Positions 1 to 12,500 of a stretch of 64,000 bases of DNA are shown here, piece by piece. Position 1 is the first letter of the stretch. Each line of letters starts with the position of its first letter. The notes under the pieces were generated by a model that did not search any database, was not told the DNA's origin, and was given only the letters and a program-made list of their open reading frames with translations. Source of the DNA: Eledone cirrhosa (Eukaryota). The stretch spans positions 2,068 through 66,067 of the forward strand of contig CAXHJY010001630.1 in assembly GCA_964016885.1 (NCBI GenBank), written 5' to 3'. Both the position numbers and the translations under genes were made by a program.

Positions 1-666
1 AAAGATAGACGGTAGCCACGGAGTAGGCAGACCCAGAAAAACATGGGACGAGCTGATAAATTCCGACCTCACACGCTTACACCTCTCCAAGACAATGTCA
101 CTGGACCGAGACCTTTGGCGGTACTCAGTAATAGAGAAGACCCGCCTTACCTAAATACAAAGTAAAAACCTACTACAGTCAGTAGGCATCTCTATCAAAA
201 CACCCCCCCCCCCGTCCCACCACCTCCACCCCATCCACACCGCCCCTTTCAATGTACAGTTATGTTGGTCCCACAACATCCAGGCCGAAACAAATGAGAT
301 CGTGTAGGTGTCACGACAAAAAAACACACAGTCCACGCTGTAAATGTGGCCGTGTAGGCAACACGGTAAAAACCTCCCAGCCCCACACTGTAAATGTGGT
401 TGGTGTTAGGAAGGGCATCCAGCTGTAGAAAACCCGCCAGACAGTCCACGCTGTAATGTGGCCGTGTAGGCAACACGGTAAAAACCTCCCAGCCCCACAC
501 TGTAAATGTGGTTGGTGTTAGGAAGGGCATCCAACTGTAGAAAACCCGCCAGACAGTCCTATGCGAGCAAGACAACCACTCTTGCCTCAAGTGGGAAAAC
601 CCCCGTCCAAACCCATGCAAGCGTGGAACACGGACTCTAAACCTGATGATGATGATGATGATGATG
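1..666 (+). mobile_element. RTE LINE 3' end, same subfamily as 7381-8221 and 16879-19031
   Basis: GRPRKTWDELI C-terminus, 3' UTR with a ~113-bp tandem duplication (units at ~328 and ~441), (GAT)n tail. Confidence 0.9.
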
Positions 667-699
667 AAACTGCATTAGGAGAAAATTAGTGACAGAAAA

Positions 700-1870
700 T
701 TAGTATGTTTATTTAAGCGATCGCCACCGGAAGTGTTGACATTTGAAAATTTTAAAGAAGTGAATCTTTAAATAAATAATAAAATATATTTAATGAACAG
801 CCACAAAATTTAGTAGATAAATTATGTAATATTCATTCATTATTTAATCAAAGTAATCCAACTTATTTTACAAATGGGATAAAAAAAATATATTCTGGAC
901 ACAGTCCCGTGCTCCTTACTTTATTATAGTTTAGATGAGTTTAAAAAAAAAAGAGTTAATAAATAAATAAAACGTTATACTTGTTTTACTCTCCCATTTC
1001 CAATTAAACCGAACGCTATCATGACTGTATGTGTGTGTTTGTGTAAATGTATATGTGTGAATGTATGTATGTTTGTGTGAAAGTATATGTGTGAATGTAT
1101 GTATATTTGTGTGAAAGTATGTATGTTTGTGTGAAAGTGTGTGTGAATGTATGTATATTTGTGTGAATGTATGTGTATTTGTGTGAAAGTATGTGTCAAT
1201 GCATGTGTATTTGTGTGAAAGTGTGTGTGAATGTATGTATATTTGTGTGAATGTATGTGTATTTGTGTGAATTATGTCCGTGAGAGTGTATTTTTATAAG
1301 TTTGTGTTTGCGCGATTATAGTTATATACTCATAATAGTTATATACTCATACATATAGATGTATGTATGTGCACAATCATACGCGCCAGGTGTAGAAAAT
1401 CATAACCTCTCTATCTCTCTCATCACAAACTCTCTCTTTCTATATATATGGTAGTTGAAGTGGTGGTGGTGGTGGTGGCGATATACCGGAAGTGCAACTT
1501 TGAAAAGAAGTCAATTTTAAATTATTTATTTTTACGAAATTATTTTTGTTTACGAAATTGAATAGATAAATTATGTAATATTCATTCATTGGTGGATTGG
1601 CAGTATCTGTAGAGAGTTGGACACCATGCTTTGAAGCATAGAGTTACGTCCCTTTATGATCTGAGTTCAAATCCCGCCGAGGTTAACTTTGCCTTTCATC
1701 CTTACGGGGTCGATAAAATAAAGTACCAGTAATGTACTGGGTAATTGCTGGCCTTGTGCCTAAAATAGAAACAATTATTTATTCAAAGTAACCCAACTTA
1801 TTTTACAAATGGGATAAAAAATTAAAAAACTGTACGCAAACCTGCAGACTTTCCTTTATTATAGTTTAGA
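700..1870 (-). mobile_element. Two diverged copies of a Helitron-like 5' terminal segment
   Basis: Both begin a|TCTAAACTATAATAAAG on the minus strand (at 935 and 1870) and share ~150 bp. The second copy carries a SINE at ~1591-1775 and a 20-bp GT-rich repeat at 1025-1290. Confidence 0.5.
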
Positions 1871-1897
1871 TTATTAACAATAAAATCATAAATTTAC

Positions 1898-2077
1898 CTG
1901 AAGTATTAAGGGTTCTAAAGACGAAAATTTGTTTTCAACTCTTTGATAATCAATAGAACCTTTCAACAGAAGAATCTTTGGCATTGAAACAGTTGACTGC
2001 ATTTTCTTGTGAGCCACATTTTTACTACAGACAACCCCATGAATGACAGCAGTCTGACTTCTCTGGCCTCCAGAAAT
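1898..2077 (-). CDS. PIKFYVE: PIKfyve exon 14, CCT-like domain (ISGGQRSQTAVIHGVVCSKNVAHKKM...PKILLL...YQRVENKFSSLEPLILQ)
   Basis: GVVCSKNVAHKKM is a Fab1/TCP-1 signature; tttttag acceptor and gtaaat donor, 180 nt, phase 0-0. The gene continues left of the window. Confidence 0.97.
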
Positions 2078-2289
2078 CTAAAAATATATTCAAAAAATTA
2101 TAGGCCACATAAACATATATATGTGTGTATGTGTAGTGTATGGATGTATGTATGAAGTGTATGTGTGTGGTGTATGTACGATGTGTGTGTAAGTATGTAT
2201 GTGTGGTGTTTGTATGATGTGTGTGTATACACCAATACATATGTATATATAGTAGGTAGGTTTAGGTTGATAGGCAGATAGATAGCAAC

Positions 2290-2495
2290 AATCTTGACAA
2301 TGTAGATTAGATGACAACACTTATGTTGACAATGTACATCAGATGACAACACTGTCTAATGTAGACACATGACAACAGTGTTGACAATGTACATCAGATG
2401 ACAACACTGCCTAATGTAGACAGATGACATCAGTGTTGACAATGTAGGTCAGCATTTAATAATATGGGCCAGATGACAACATTTGACAATGTAAG
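2290..2495. repeat. ~28-30-bp minisatellite (TTGACAATGTACATCAGATGACAACA..) with alternating variants
   Basis: About 7 degenerate units; a ~57-bp dimer repeats twice. Confidence 0.8.
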
Positions 2496-3100
2496 TCAAA
2501 GAATATGAACACATTTTTGCCAGCGATGCTACAAGATATCTGAATATCCTTGAGTGTTGAATCTAATATATATCAGATTTTCCATCTGGACCTACACTAA
2601 GAATAATATTAGTCATTGTTGTTACAGTGTGGAAGTCAGACCTTTGTAAAGACCTGATGATCCATCTCTTCGTCGCTGCAGTGGTGTCTGTGCTGCTGTA
2701 CAGGTTTGAGAACTGGACACTGACCAAGACACTCACTTAGATGGTGGATGGGTGCTACACAAGGATGCTGAGTATGGCTCTGAACATTAATCAGTATGCA
2801 CTGAGAATGAAGAACTCAGAGGTATAAGGGAGCCTCCCAAAAGTCAGCTTGAATGTGACATAGAGGAGACTGAGGTTAGCTGGACATGTTCACTGACATT
2901 CAGCGTTACACTGCACTCAGTGGTCCTGTGGGAGCCCCTACATGGTCACACTGGAAGTGACCTAGGATTACATATGTTGATGCCCTAAGGACAGACACTG
3001 GTCTCGGGGAGATGTGGGACATAGCGACGATGATGAAGGACAGAGATCGCTGGAGAGAACTCAACCATGGATCTCGGGAATTTTAACTGCCCTAGATAGA
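2490..3100 (+). mobile_element. Degenerate RTE-type LINE 3' fragment
   Basis: Residual ..ENWTLTK..LDGCYTRML..ALNI and RLRLAGH motifs across frameshifts. Confidence 0.65.
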
Positions 3101-3973
3101 TAGATTGTTGTTATTTAGCTCCTGGTTAGTTTTGATCAAAGCTATTCAAGTTGTCATGAACTAACCTCTTATTTTTCTATAAGTTTGCATATAGAAATAC
3201 ATCAGTTGTCTTCCCTTTTTAAGACAATAAGGTCTGATCTCAGGGAGATAAGATTGTTGTTTATAACTGATTTATATTTCAAGCGTATAATTGAAATATT
3301 GTAAATAACATAATTTCTTGTATTAATGATTTCTTATTTAGGTAAAAGGCCAGCAATATGGGAGAGGGGAAAGTGGATTGAATCAACTCCAGTATTATAC
3401 GGGTATTTTATTTTATTGGCCCCAGAATGATAAAAGGCAAAGTTATCCTCAGTCAGATTTGAACTGAGAACACATACTGCTAAGCCACAGCCTGGCCTTT
3501 TTTGTATTAATAATAGAAATCAAGGAGCTTTTCTCTTTCTTTTTTCAAATTCGTGCAGAAATTAAAAATAATTTTAATTTTTTTGATAGCTGAGGTTCCA
3601 GAAAACAAAGAAATTCTGTCATATATAAGATATTAAAAGAGTCAAATATTTTGTGAGAACACTTAATTGTTATCATACATAAAACACTATGAATGTCATG
3701 TGTATGGTGATAATGACACTCTTGTATGGATGCTGTTTGTATTTGGCTTGGAATAGATACACTAAAACCTTGCATGTCGTAAGAGATAACTAAATGGGTT
3801 GGCACTGGGAAGGGTATCTAGTCATAAAACATTGCTTCAAAGGAACCCAACAGTAAGTATGCAGTCATTCACAGAGCACAAAAACCTATCTCCTGCTTTG
3901 GAAAGAGAAATTAGCCTTAGAACACTTACTGTGGCATATACAAGATATTTGTAAGCTAAATAAAAATAGCTAC

Positions 3974-4154
3974 CTTTTTTATTTGTACATATTTCCGAAT
4001 ATCCATGTCATCTCCTTCATTACGTACATCAGGACTTACAAACTGGCTAATCTTATGAGCTGTTTGCATGATGGTGCTTTCCCAGGAAAGTGGTAAACCT
4101 TCTTGATTGAGTAACTGACGTACCAAGTTTGATAGATGTTCCTTATGAACCTTC
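3974..4154 (-). CDS. PIKFYVE: PIKfyve exon 13, start of CCT/TCP-1-like domain (..LLNQEGLPLSWE...PDVRNEGDDMDIRKYVQIKK)
   Basis: Fab1 signature MDIRxYVxIKK; ttcag acceptor and gtagct donor, phase 2-0. Confidence 0.97.
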
Positions 4155-4481
4155 CTGAACAAAACAACAAAACCAGTTTATCAGTATAGTCCTACGAACA
4201 TTAGTTCATGCATCAATGCACATACACACACACCCACACACATACATATTGAGACACTCACAGCATATTTGAGATTAAATTTGTAAACAGTTACAACCAC
4301 AAGTTTAACTCTTAACATCTTGTACCACACAAAATTGCATTAGCAAGACATTCTTGAAAAATTTGAAATGGCAGTATGATTGTATCGCATTAAAGATTAA
4401 AGTATTTATTTTATTTCACAGTAAATTTTCAGAAAATTCTGTCCACTAATAAAGGGAGAGAATATATATATATATACAAAC

Positions 4482-4599
4482 CGTAGTCTGTCATATGCCA
4501 AATACTCTCCATTTTCCCGAAGGTCCTCAGTGGATCGCCAGCCTTTGGCACACATAATAGGTTCTACAGTATTTCCAGATTTAGACACCAATAATGTAC
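4482..4599 (-). CDS. PIKFYVE: PIKfyve exon 12 (GTLLVSK...GWRSTEDLRENGEYLAYDRL)
   Basis: GW...LRENGE..A..RL resembles the conserved pre-CCT segment of PIKfyve; attag acceptor and gtttgt donor, phase 1-2. Confidence 0.92.
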
Positions 4600-4899
4600 C
4601 TAATAAACAAAATATCACATTTGATGGGTTGATATATTTTCAAAATGATTTTAATATCATTTGATAAATAATTGAAATAATGAATATATTTTCAAAAAAT
4701 TAATAATTAACAAGAAGATATAAAAAAGAGAAGAAAGAAAGAGGGAATTTTTTTTTAAAGGGATGGGAGAAACTCGACAACCTTGGTTGAATGGTAAATC
4801 CTGGCTTCACTCTGTAACCAGGGTGGAGAAAGCATTGCCACAGTTAACAGCCAGTAACACCCGCTGAATCAGCCATCCCACCTCATAGGGCTTTTTTAA

Positions 4900-5116
4900 C
4901 CCTTTAGCATTTAAACCTGCCGTATCTGGCCAGAATTCTCTCACCTCTTTCTGTTCAAACTAGCCATGCCACTGATACTGACATTAAGTTATTGTTCTCA
5001 GAATAAATAACATCAACATCTTATAGATTTGATATTATGTGAGATAATTATGTAAAATAAAGCCTTTGCCAGAAAAAATACAATAGTATATGTAGAGTAA
5101 TGTAAATGTTAAAGGG
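4900..5116. mobile_element. piggyBac-like MITE (TTAA|CCCTTT...AAAGGG|TTAA)
   Basis: TIRs with TTAA on both sides; siblings at 46199-46431 and ~31282-31485. Confidence 0.8.
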
Positions 5117-5642
5117 TTAAAGGTATAATTCAAGAGAAAATTATTTTAAATATATAAAGATAATAAAATCTGTTGACAGGGTCATCAAGAAACAATGACT
5201 TTATTTACAAAACCTCATCTAAGTTGCCACTGCATCTATAAATCAGCTAGCAACTTAAAATCCCCCAGTTTCCATAACAGGCTGCTTTAGGAGAAAGTTT
5301 CTAGACAGTTATATGACCTCCTAGAAATAGCAGCCAAACCATTTTCATATCATACTCCACTACTTTAAAAAACATAGGAACATTTATAATGTATTGCAAG
5401 GTACACTATCACTGAAACAAATATAGGATGATCACAGCTGGAAGTCCTTTGATTATAGATCTGATTAATCAGAGTTGATCCTGGCTAAACAACAACTATC
5501 CAGTTATATCATTCAACTCCCTTCACATCAGGATGTGATTGGATATTTAATAACCAGAATGAGGGAATGTTAACAACTATAACAATAAAATAAATACCAT
5601 AATAAAAATACTTTTAAGAAAAGAATATTCTTAATTACATAC

Positions 5643-5717
5643 CAGTAAGAAAATCATCTGGCAATTCTTGGCGACATTTCGGTAAAGCATCAAATTCATT
5701 TAAATCAGATGATAAGG
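5643..5717 (-). CDS. PIKFYVE: PIKfyve exon 11 (LSSDLNEFDALPKCRQELPDDFLT)
   Basis: tttttaaag acceptor, gtatgt donor, 75 nt, phase 1-1, open frame. Confidence 0.72.
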
Positions 5718-6309
5718 CTTTAAAAATGAGACAAAATGTTTAAAATACAGTAAAGATCTCTAACAAAATATGTCTATTTTTTATGTGGTAAATCTGGAAA
5801 AAAAAAACTCTTTTGGAATTCTTGTGAGAGGATCGTTCTGAATTGGATAGATATTAGAAGGGAGTAAATATTAACTTTTAATATTCTGTACCACATGAAA
5901 TTGCATTAGCAAGACATTCTTGAAAAGTACAAAATAGCACTGCACAATGACTGCATCAATCAATGGAGTTCCTGAAACTCTGGCAATAATCTGTTCTTTG
6001 GTGAGATACTATAAACATTTGAATTCACAAACTTATTTTTTTAGATCTTTTCTGCTAAGTCATTACGGGATGTTAAGAGATGAAGAGTGACAGTTGGACA
6101 AATTGTTTGTGTTAGTATCTAAAGAAAGAAGCAAGAAATACAGTAAGAATGACTGAAGATTAACATGAATGCAAGATATTTTCACAATTTTTTCCATTCT
6201 GGGATGCTACATGCTGTGACATTCCCTGCATCCAACCTTGTTGCTTTTGCCACAAACCTGGTTACTGCCACCCATAATGGGTACATAAAAGATGTAGTGG
6301 AATAACAAG

Positions 6310-7368
6310 CAGGCTACCAAAGAATGTAGGTTTTATATTTGGAATGTGCAGGTGCAGTAAGTAGCAAGTGCCCACAGGATATTAGCTCTTTCAAATGCCC
6401 AGATGGTTCTATAGAAATAGTCAACAGTTTCTGTTACCTGGGTGATGAAATCAGCAGTGGAGGAGGATGTTCCAAAAGTACAGTAGTCAGAGTAAGAACA
6501 GGATGGAGAGAGTTCAGAGAGCTACTACCGCTGTTAGCTACAAAAGGTTTTTCCCTTAAAATGAGGGTAGATTGTACGATGCATGTATATGAACAGCAAT
6601 GTTACATGGTAGTGTGACCTGGGCACTGTGTGCAGAGGACCCCCCCGTAAAGACTGGCAAGAAATGAAGCATGCAGGCTCCGATGGGTGTGTAATAGTAA
6701 TATACACAAACGGCAAAGTGTAAATGAACTGGGAGAGAAATTAGGCATGAGAGGGATCAGATGCAGTATGCTAGAGAGGACAATGCATTGGTATGGTTAT
6801 GTGATGCGTATGAAGGATGCCAGCTGTATAAAAGGGTGCAGGGTGATCAAAGTTGATGGAAGCTATGAAGTAGGAAGAACCAGGAAGACCTGGGATGAGG
6901 TGATAAAAGCTGACCTTGAGCAATTGCACCTCACAAAGACAATGAGACAAGATCGAGATCTTTGGCGTTATGCAGTAATACAGAAGACACGCCTTCCCAT
7001 GTGCACGGACTCAAACATACATCTAGTAGGCACCTCTTAACCACTATACCCCCTTCTATAAACCTCCCACACACCCAATTCTGTCCACACCACCCTTACA
7101 CTGTAAAGTTATGTTGGTATCACATTAAAAGAGCATCCAGCCAACACTGTAGAGTGGTTATGTAGGTGTCATGACAAAAAGCACCCAGCCCACACTGTAA
7201 AGTGGTCATGTAGGTGTCATGACAAAAAGCATCCAGCTGTAGAAACCTAGCCAGAAACAGTTTTATATACGCAAGACATAGTCAACTGACCCAACTTGCC
7301 TCAAATGGGACAACCAGTCTAACCCATACTACCGTGGTAAATACGTGTTAAACGATGATTATGATGAT
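6310..7368 (+). mobile_element. RTE LINE 3' fragment, older
   Basis: FCYLGD, WYGYVMRM, GRTRKTWDEVI; family 3' UTR and tail. Confidence 0.88.
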
Positions 7369-7380
7369 ATATATATATAT

Positions 7381-8221
7381 CATCATCATCATCATCGTTT
7401 AACGTCCGTGTTCCATGCTTGCATGGGTTTGGACGGAGGGTTTTCCCACTTGAGGCAAGAGTGGTTATCTTGCTCGCATAGGACTATCTGGTGGGTTTTC
7501 TACAGCTGGATGCCCTTCCTAACACCAACCACATTTACAGTGTGGGGCTGGGAGGTTTTTACCGTGTTGCCTACACGGCCACATTACAGCGTGAACTGTG
7601 TGTTTTTTTGACGTGACACCTACACGATCTCATTTGTTTCGGCCTGGATGTTGTGGCACCAACATAACTTTACATTGAAAGGGGCGGTGTGGATAGGGTG
7701 GGGGTGGTGGGACGGGGGTGTATTTTGTTAGAGATGCCTACTGACTGTAGTAGGTTTTACTTTGTATTTAGGTAAGGCGGGTCTTCTCTATTACTGAGTA
7801 CCGCCAAAGGTCTCGGTCCAGTGACATTGTCTTGGTGAGGTGTAAGTGTGTGAGGTCGGAATTTATCAGCTCGTCCCAGGTTTTTCTGGGTCTGCCTAAT
7901 TCCGTGGCTACCATCTATCTTTATTGCCCTGCACTTTGTTATCCAGCTATCGTCCTTCATGCGCATCACGTGACCATACCAACGTAGCCTTCTCTCGAGT
8001 AAACAACATCTGATCCCTCTTATTTCTAATTTTTTCCTTAGTTCGTTTATGCTTTGCCGTTCACGTATATTACTATTACACATCCAGCGGAGCATGCAAG
8101 CTTCGTTTCTCTCTAGTCTGCGTATATCCTCTGCACACAATGCCCAGGTCTCACTGCCGTGCAACATTGCTGTTCGTATGCAGGCATCGTACAACCTGCC
8201 TTTCATTTTTAGGGAGAACCC
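7381..8221 (-). mobile_element. RTE LINE 3' fragment, tail-to-tail with 6310-7368
   Basis: ORF 7757-8206 is nearly identical to the C-terminus of 17265-18926; (CAT)n tail. Confidence 0.92.
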
Positions 8222-8449
8222 TAATATATGTAAATGTGTAAATGTGTGTAAATTTTAAAGAGTTTTTGAGATATATATATATATATAATAACTAGAAATT
8301 GATGAACATATAAATAAACATGAATAATCACAGGAGATAATCTTTACAAGTGTGTAAGCACACATAGCTAGGTAGATAACTAAATAAAGTTAACCAGAAC
8401 TTCAAAAATAGATACCTGATAATATGATTAATCTTCCCTGCATATATTC

Positions 8450-9051
8450 TTTACAAAAAATGATTTATTGCACACTTTGTACATAAAATAAATATCATTG
8501 TTGATAAAACGCTGGATGAGTTGTGATAAATTTTTTGGGTTTTTATCTAACTATGCTTGCAAGGCAGGTCAGAAGGAGATACAATTCAGCAATACAGAAG
8601 AATTTTAAACACAGAAGAATTTTAAAAGTTGTTCTTAGTCGGGGTCACCAATAAAGTGAAATGATATATCGTCCAGGTGTGTGAATGACATCTCATCTCT
8701 CTAAGATTATTAATTAAAACAGAAGGGCTTTAACGATAACAAGGCTAATCTTTTATTAAATGATTCATTTAACAAAACACAACATAATAATTACATTCAT
8801 AGGACATACCCTGCAAGCTAAACGGCAATGGCTTAATTCTTACATTCAAGAAGAGATATGAAAATCTCTTGGTCAAAAACAGGCGTTTTTACAAAGTACG
8901 TCCACGTGGCAGGACAAAGGCGACTGGAATTGAAAACCAAATCTCTTTTAGAGAATGCCGAGATAAGGGAAGTAATTCGCTATTTTTGTGTTACCCACAG
9001 ATGGCGACACTGCGTTGCTATAGTCAACACACTGTCGCCATAGTTACTACA
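8450..9051 (-). repeat. Extended 3' terminal repeat (LTR body + PBS + leader copy + LTR tip)
   Basis: 8661-9051 matches the 5' LTR, 8470-8650 matches 15661-15824, and 8450-8464 matches 15826-15840. Confidence 0.85.
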
Positions 9052-9522
9052 ATCACCTCCGACCAGATTTTTAATAAAAATCGTAAAACAAACGATAGCA
9101 TGGAGGAACTAGAAGTTGTAAATTGGTGCAAAAAAAATTCCTGTAATATATAACAATGACGCCAAAGCCTTACAAGGTACTCTTTACAAGTTGTTGAAAC
9201 TGGTTTCAAAACGAACAATATAGAGGTGAAATAGGTTAATGCATGCAAGCATTACACAAAAAATATACAACAAATGCAATAATTATACACATGCAGCAAT
9301 AAATGCAAAATGCATTAAAAATACCATTCGCAGTAAGGGTCCCAAATGCGATAAAAAAAAAACGATAGGCATTGAAAATGCCATAGGCAGTAAGGTTACA
9401 AAATGCAATGAAAAATTATAATATGCCTTAAAAATACCAAAGGCAGTCAGGGTACAAAATGCAACAACAAATTCAATATACAGTAAAAATAACTGCAAGA
9501 AAAAAGAATACAATTCAGAAGT

Positions 9523-12500
9523 TTATAGTACTGCATAGCTTACGAGGCCAATGCACCCTTCGACCTGAACGGGTCGTATTTCTGTATGTTGGTGGTGGGG
9601 GGACGAAGAAACACGTGTATGTGGCGAAGAAAAAGAAGGGAGCATTTGTGGTTCAAGTGTCACTGTGTCAGTGTCCAGATTGGCTCGTTTGAGGCGATCA
9701 ATGGAAATAGTTTCCCTGGACCCCCTAATGTCTACTTTGAAATGTTTCTCTGTACGAGCAAGCACACGATAGGGTCCAGAGTACGGCCGTGTCAGAGGGG
9801 TCTCACAGCGTCGTCTCTAACGAACACATGTGTCCACAAGGCAATATCCCTTGGGACGGCAGTTTTTACAGTTTGCTTCCTAGTGTCCATCGGTGGTAAA
9901 TCTTGGAAGTAAGAATGAAGCCGGGACACGTAGGAAGCGGGATCCTGCGAAGCAAGATCAACAGGAGCAAGCATTTGCCCCGGTAACGCAAGAGGAGTAC
10001 CATAAATCAATTCGGCCGGGGAGAACCCAAGGTCCACCTTTATTGTCGACCGAATACCTAACAACACAATAGGTAGGTACTCACTCCAACGTGAAGAGTC
10101 CATTGAAACCCTTAAAGAGGCTTTAAGCTGTCTGTGGAATCTTTCCACCATTCCGTTTGATGCTGGCTGATATGCCGTGGTTCTTATGCAAGTAGCGCCA
10201 ATAATTTGTGTTAATTCACGGAAGAGGTTCGATTCAAATTGACGACCGCGGTCCGTTATGGTGGTTGGTACTCCAAAACGAGCGATCCATGCAGATACAA
10301 GGGTACGCGTTAGGAAAAGTACCTAGCTAAAAGTAAGCCACTCTACTTGGCATTTGTCGACCTTGAGAAAGCCTTTGACAGAGTTCCACGTGCAGTAATC
10401 TGGTGGGCTCTTAGAAAACTAGGAGTAGATGAATGGCTTGTGAAAGCGGTACAAGCCATGTATAGGGGAGCAGTCAGCAAAGTTAGGATTAGCAATGAGT
10501 ATAGCGAGGAATTTAGCGTACAGGTTGGGGTCCACCAGGGCTCTGTTCTTAGCCCTCTCCTGTTCATCATAGTCCTGCAGGCAATAACGGAGGAGTTTAA
10601 GACCGGATGCCCATGAGAACTCCTGTATGCTGATGACCTCGCACTTATAGCTGAATCTATGGTAGAACTAGAGAATAAATTCCAAACCTTGAAGCAGGGA
10701 CTAGAGAGAAAGGGCCTCAAAGTCAACATGACAAAGACTAAGGTCCTTGTAAGTAGACGAGAAAACAGAACCCAGATCCCCTCAGAGAAATGACCTTGCT
10801 CAGTATGTAGGAAAGGTGTAGGTAGGAACTCCATTCTCTGCCCCAAATGCAAACAATGGGTACACAAGAGATGTAGCGGGATCTCAGGAAGCTTAATTAA
10901 GAATGTAGGATTCACATGCAGCAGCTGTGCTGAAACAGCAAGCAAACAGCCACAGGAAACAAGTACCACCAATCTCTGGGAGGGCCCTGTAGAAACAGTA
11001 GACAGCTTCTGCTACCTAGGTGACCGAATTAGCAACGGAGGTGGGTGCTCAGAAAGTACAATAACTAGGGTAAGAACGGGATGGAAGAAGTTTAGGGAAC
11101 TACTACCACTGCTAGCTGAAAGGCAGACTGTATGATGCGTGTATCCGAACAGCGATGTTGCATGGTAGTGAGACCTGGGCGCTGAAGGTGGAAGACTTAC
11201 GTAGATTAGAGAGAAACGAAGCCTGCATGCTCCGATGGATGTGTAACAGTAATATACGTGAACGACAAAGCATAAAGGAATTGAGAGAGAGACTGAACAT
11301 AAGAGGAATCAAATGCTGCATGCAGGAGAGGCGGTTACGCTGGTATGGACATGTGATGCGTATGAAGGATGACAGCTGCATAAAAAGGTGCAGAGCACTA
11401 GAAGTTGATGGAAACCGCGGAGTGGGGAGACCCAAGATGACTTGGGATGAGGTGATAAAAGCCGACCTTACCCAACTACACCTCTCAAAGTCAATGACAC
11501 ACGACCGTGACTTCTGGCGTCACGCAGTAATACAGGGTACCCAACCTCCCATGGGTACATGCTGAAGCATATAAACAATATGCCCCCACTCCCCCCACCG
11601 CAAGGTGGTCGTGGAGGTGCCACGGCAAAAAAAGCACCCAGCCCACACTGTAAAGTGGACGTGTAGGCGCCACGAAAAAGCACCCAGCACTCACTGTAAA
11701 TGAGGTTGGTGTTAGGAAGGGCATCCAGCTGTAGAAATCAAGCCAGATCAGTTCCTGTATGAGCAAGGCATGGTCAGCCGACCAGACACTGCCCACAAAA
11801 GGACAACCCGTCTAACCCATGCTAGCGTGGAAGAACGGACGTAAAACGGTGATGATGATGATGAACTTTTGACAAGCGACACAGGAACGGCACCAAGCAG
11901 CAATGTCATGTCTCATATCAGGCCAGAAAAATCTGGCTGTTATGAGTTTTACCGAGGCTGTAGCTCCTGGGTGAGAAATGCCATGCAAAGCGAGAAATAC
12001 AGTTCGTCGATGACCAACTGGGACGAGAGGTCGTGGTGAGTCCAATGAGATATCACAAAGTATCTGTCCGTCTGCGGTTGATAAAGGAAGGTATTTCATA
12101 TTGCAGTTAATGAACTCCGGCGATGTGCAATCCAATGATTCAAGCGAGGGTTGGTCAATGGCCATTTGAGGCAAAACTATATCGTTAGACGACGAGATCG
12201 AAGCTATCGGGAGACGAGACAAGGCGTCTGCCGCAGTGTTCAAAGCACCCGGAATATGTTGAATATCATTGGTGTATTGGGAAACAAAATCCAGATGTCT
12301 AGTTTCCCTAGGCGAATATTTGTCAGATTTTGATCTTAAAGCGAAAATCAACGGTTTGTGATCTGTGAAAATAGTGAACGCTCTCCCGTCCAGAACATGG
12401 GAGAAATGTTTCACAGATAAATAAATTGCTAAAAGCTCACGCCCGAAAGTACTATAACGATTTTCGGCAGGCTTTAGCTTTCTCGAAAAAAATTCCAGTG

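Noticed and set aside
1591-1690. tRNA genes suggested by A-box/B-box motifs here and at similar sites
   Set aside because: No closed cloverleaf; each continues into a SINE body and tail.
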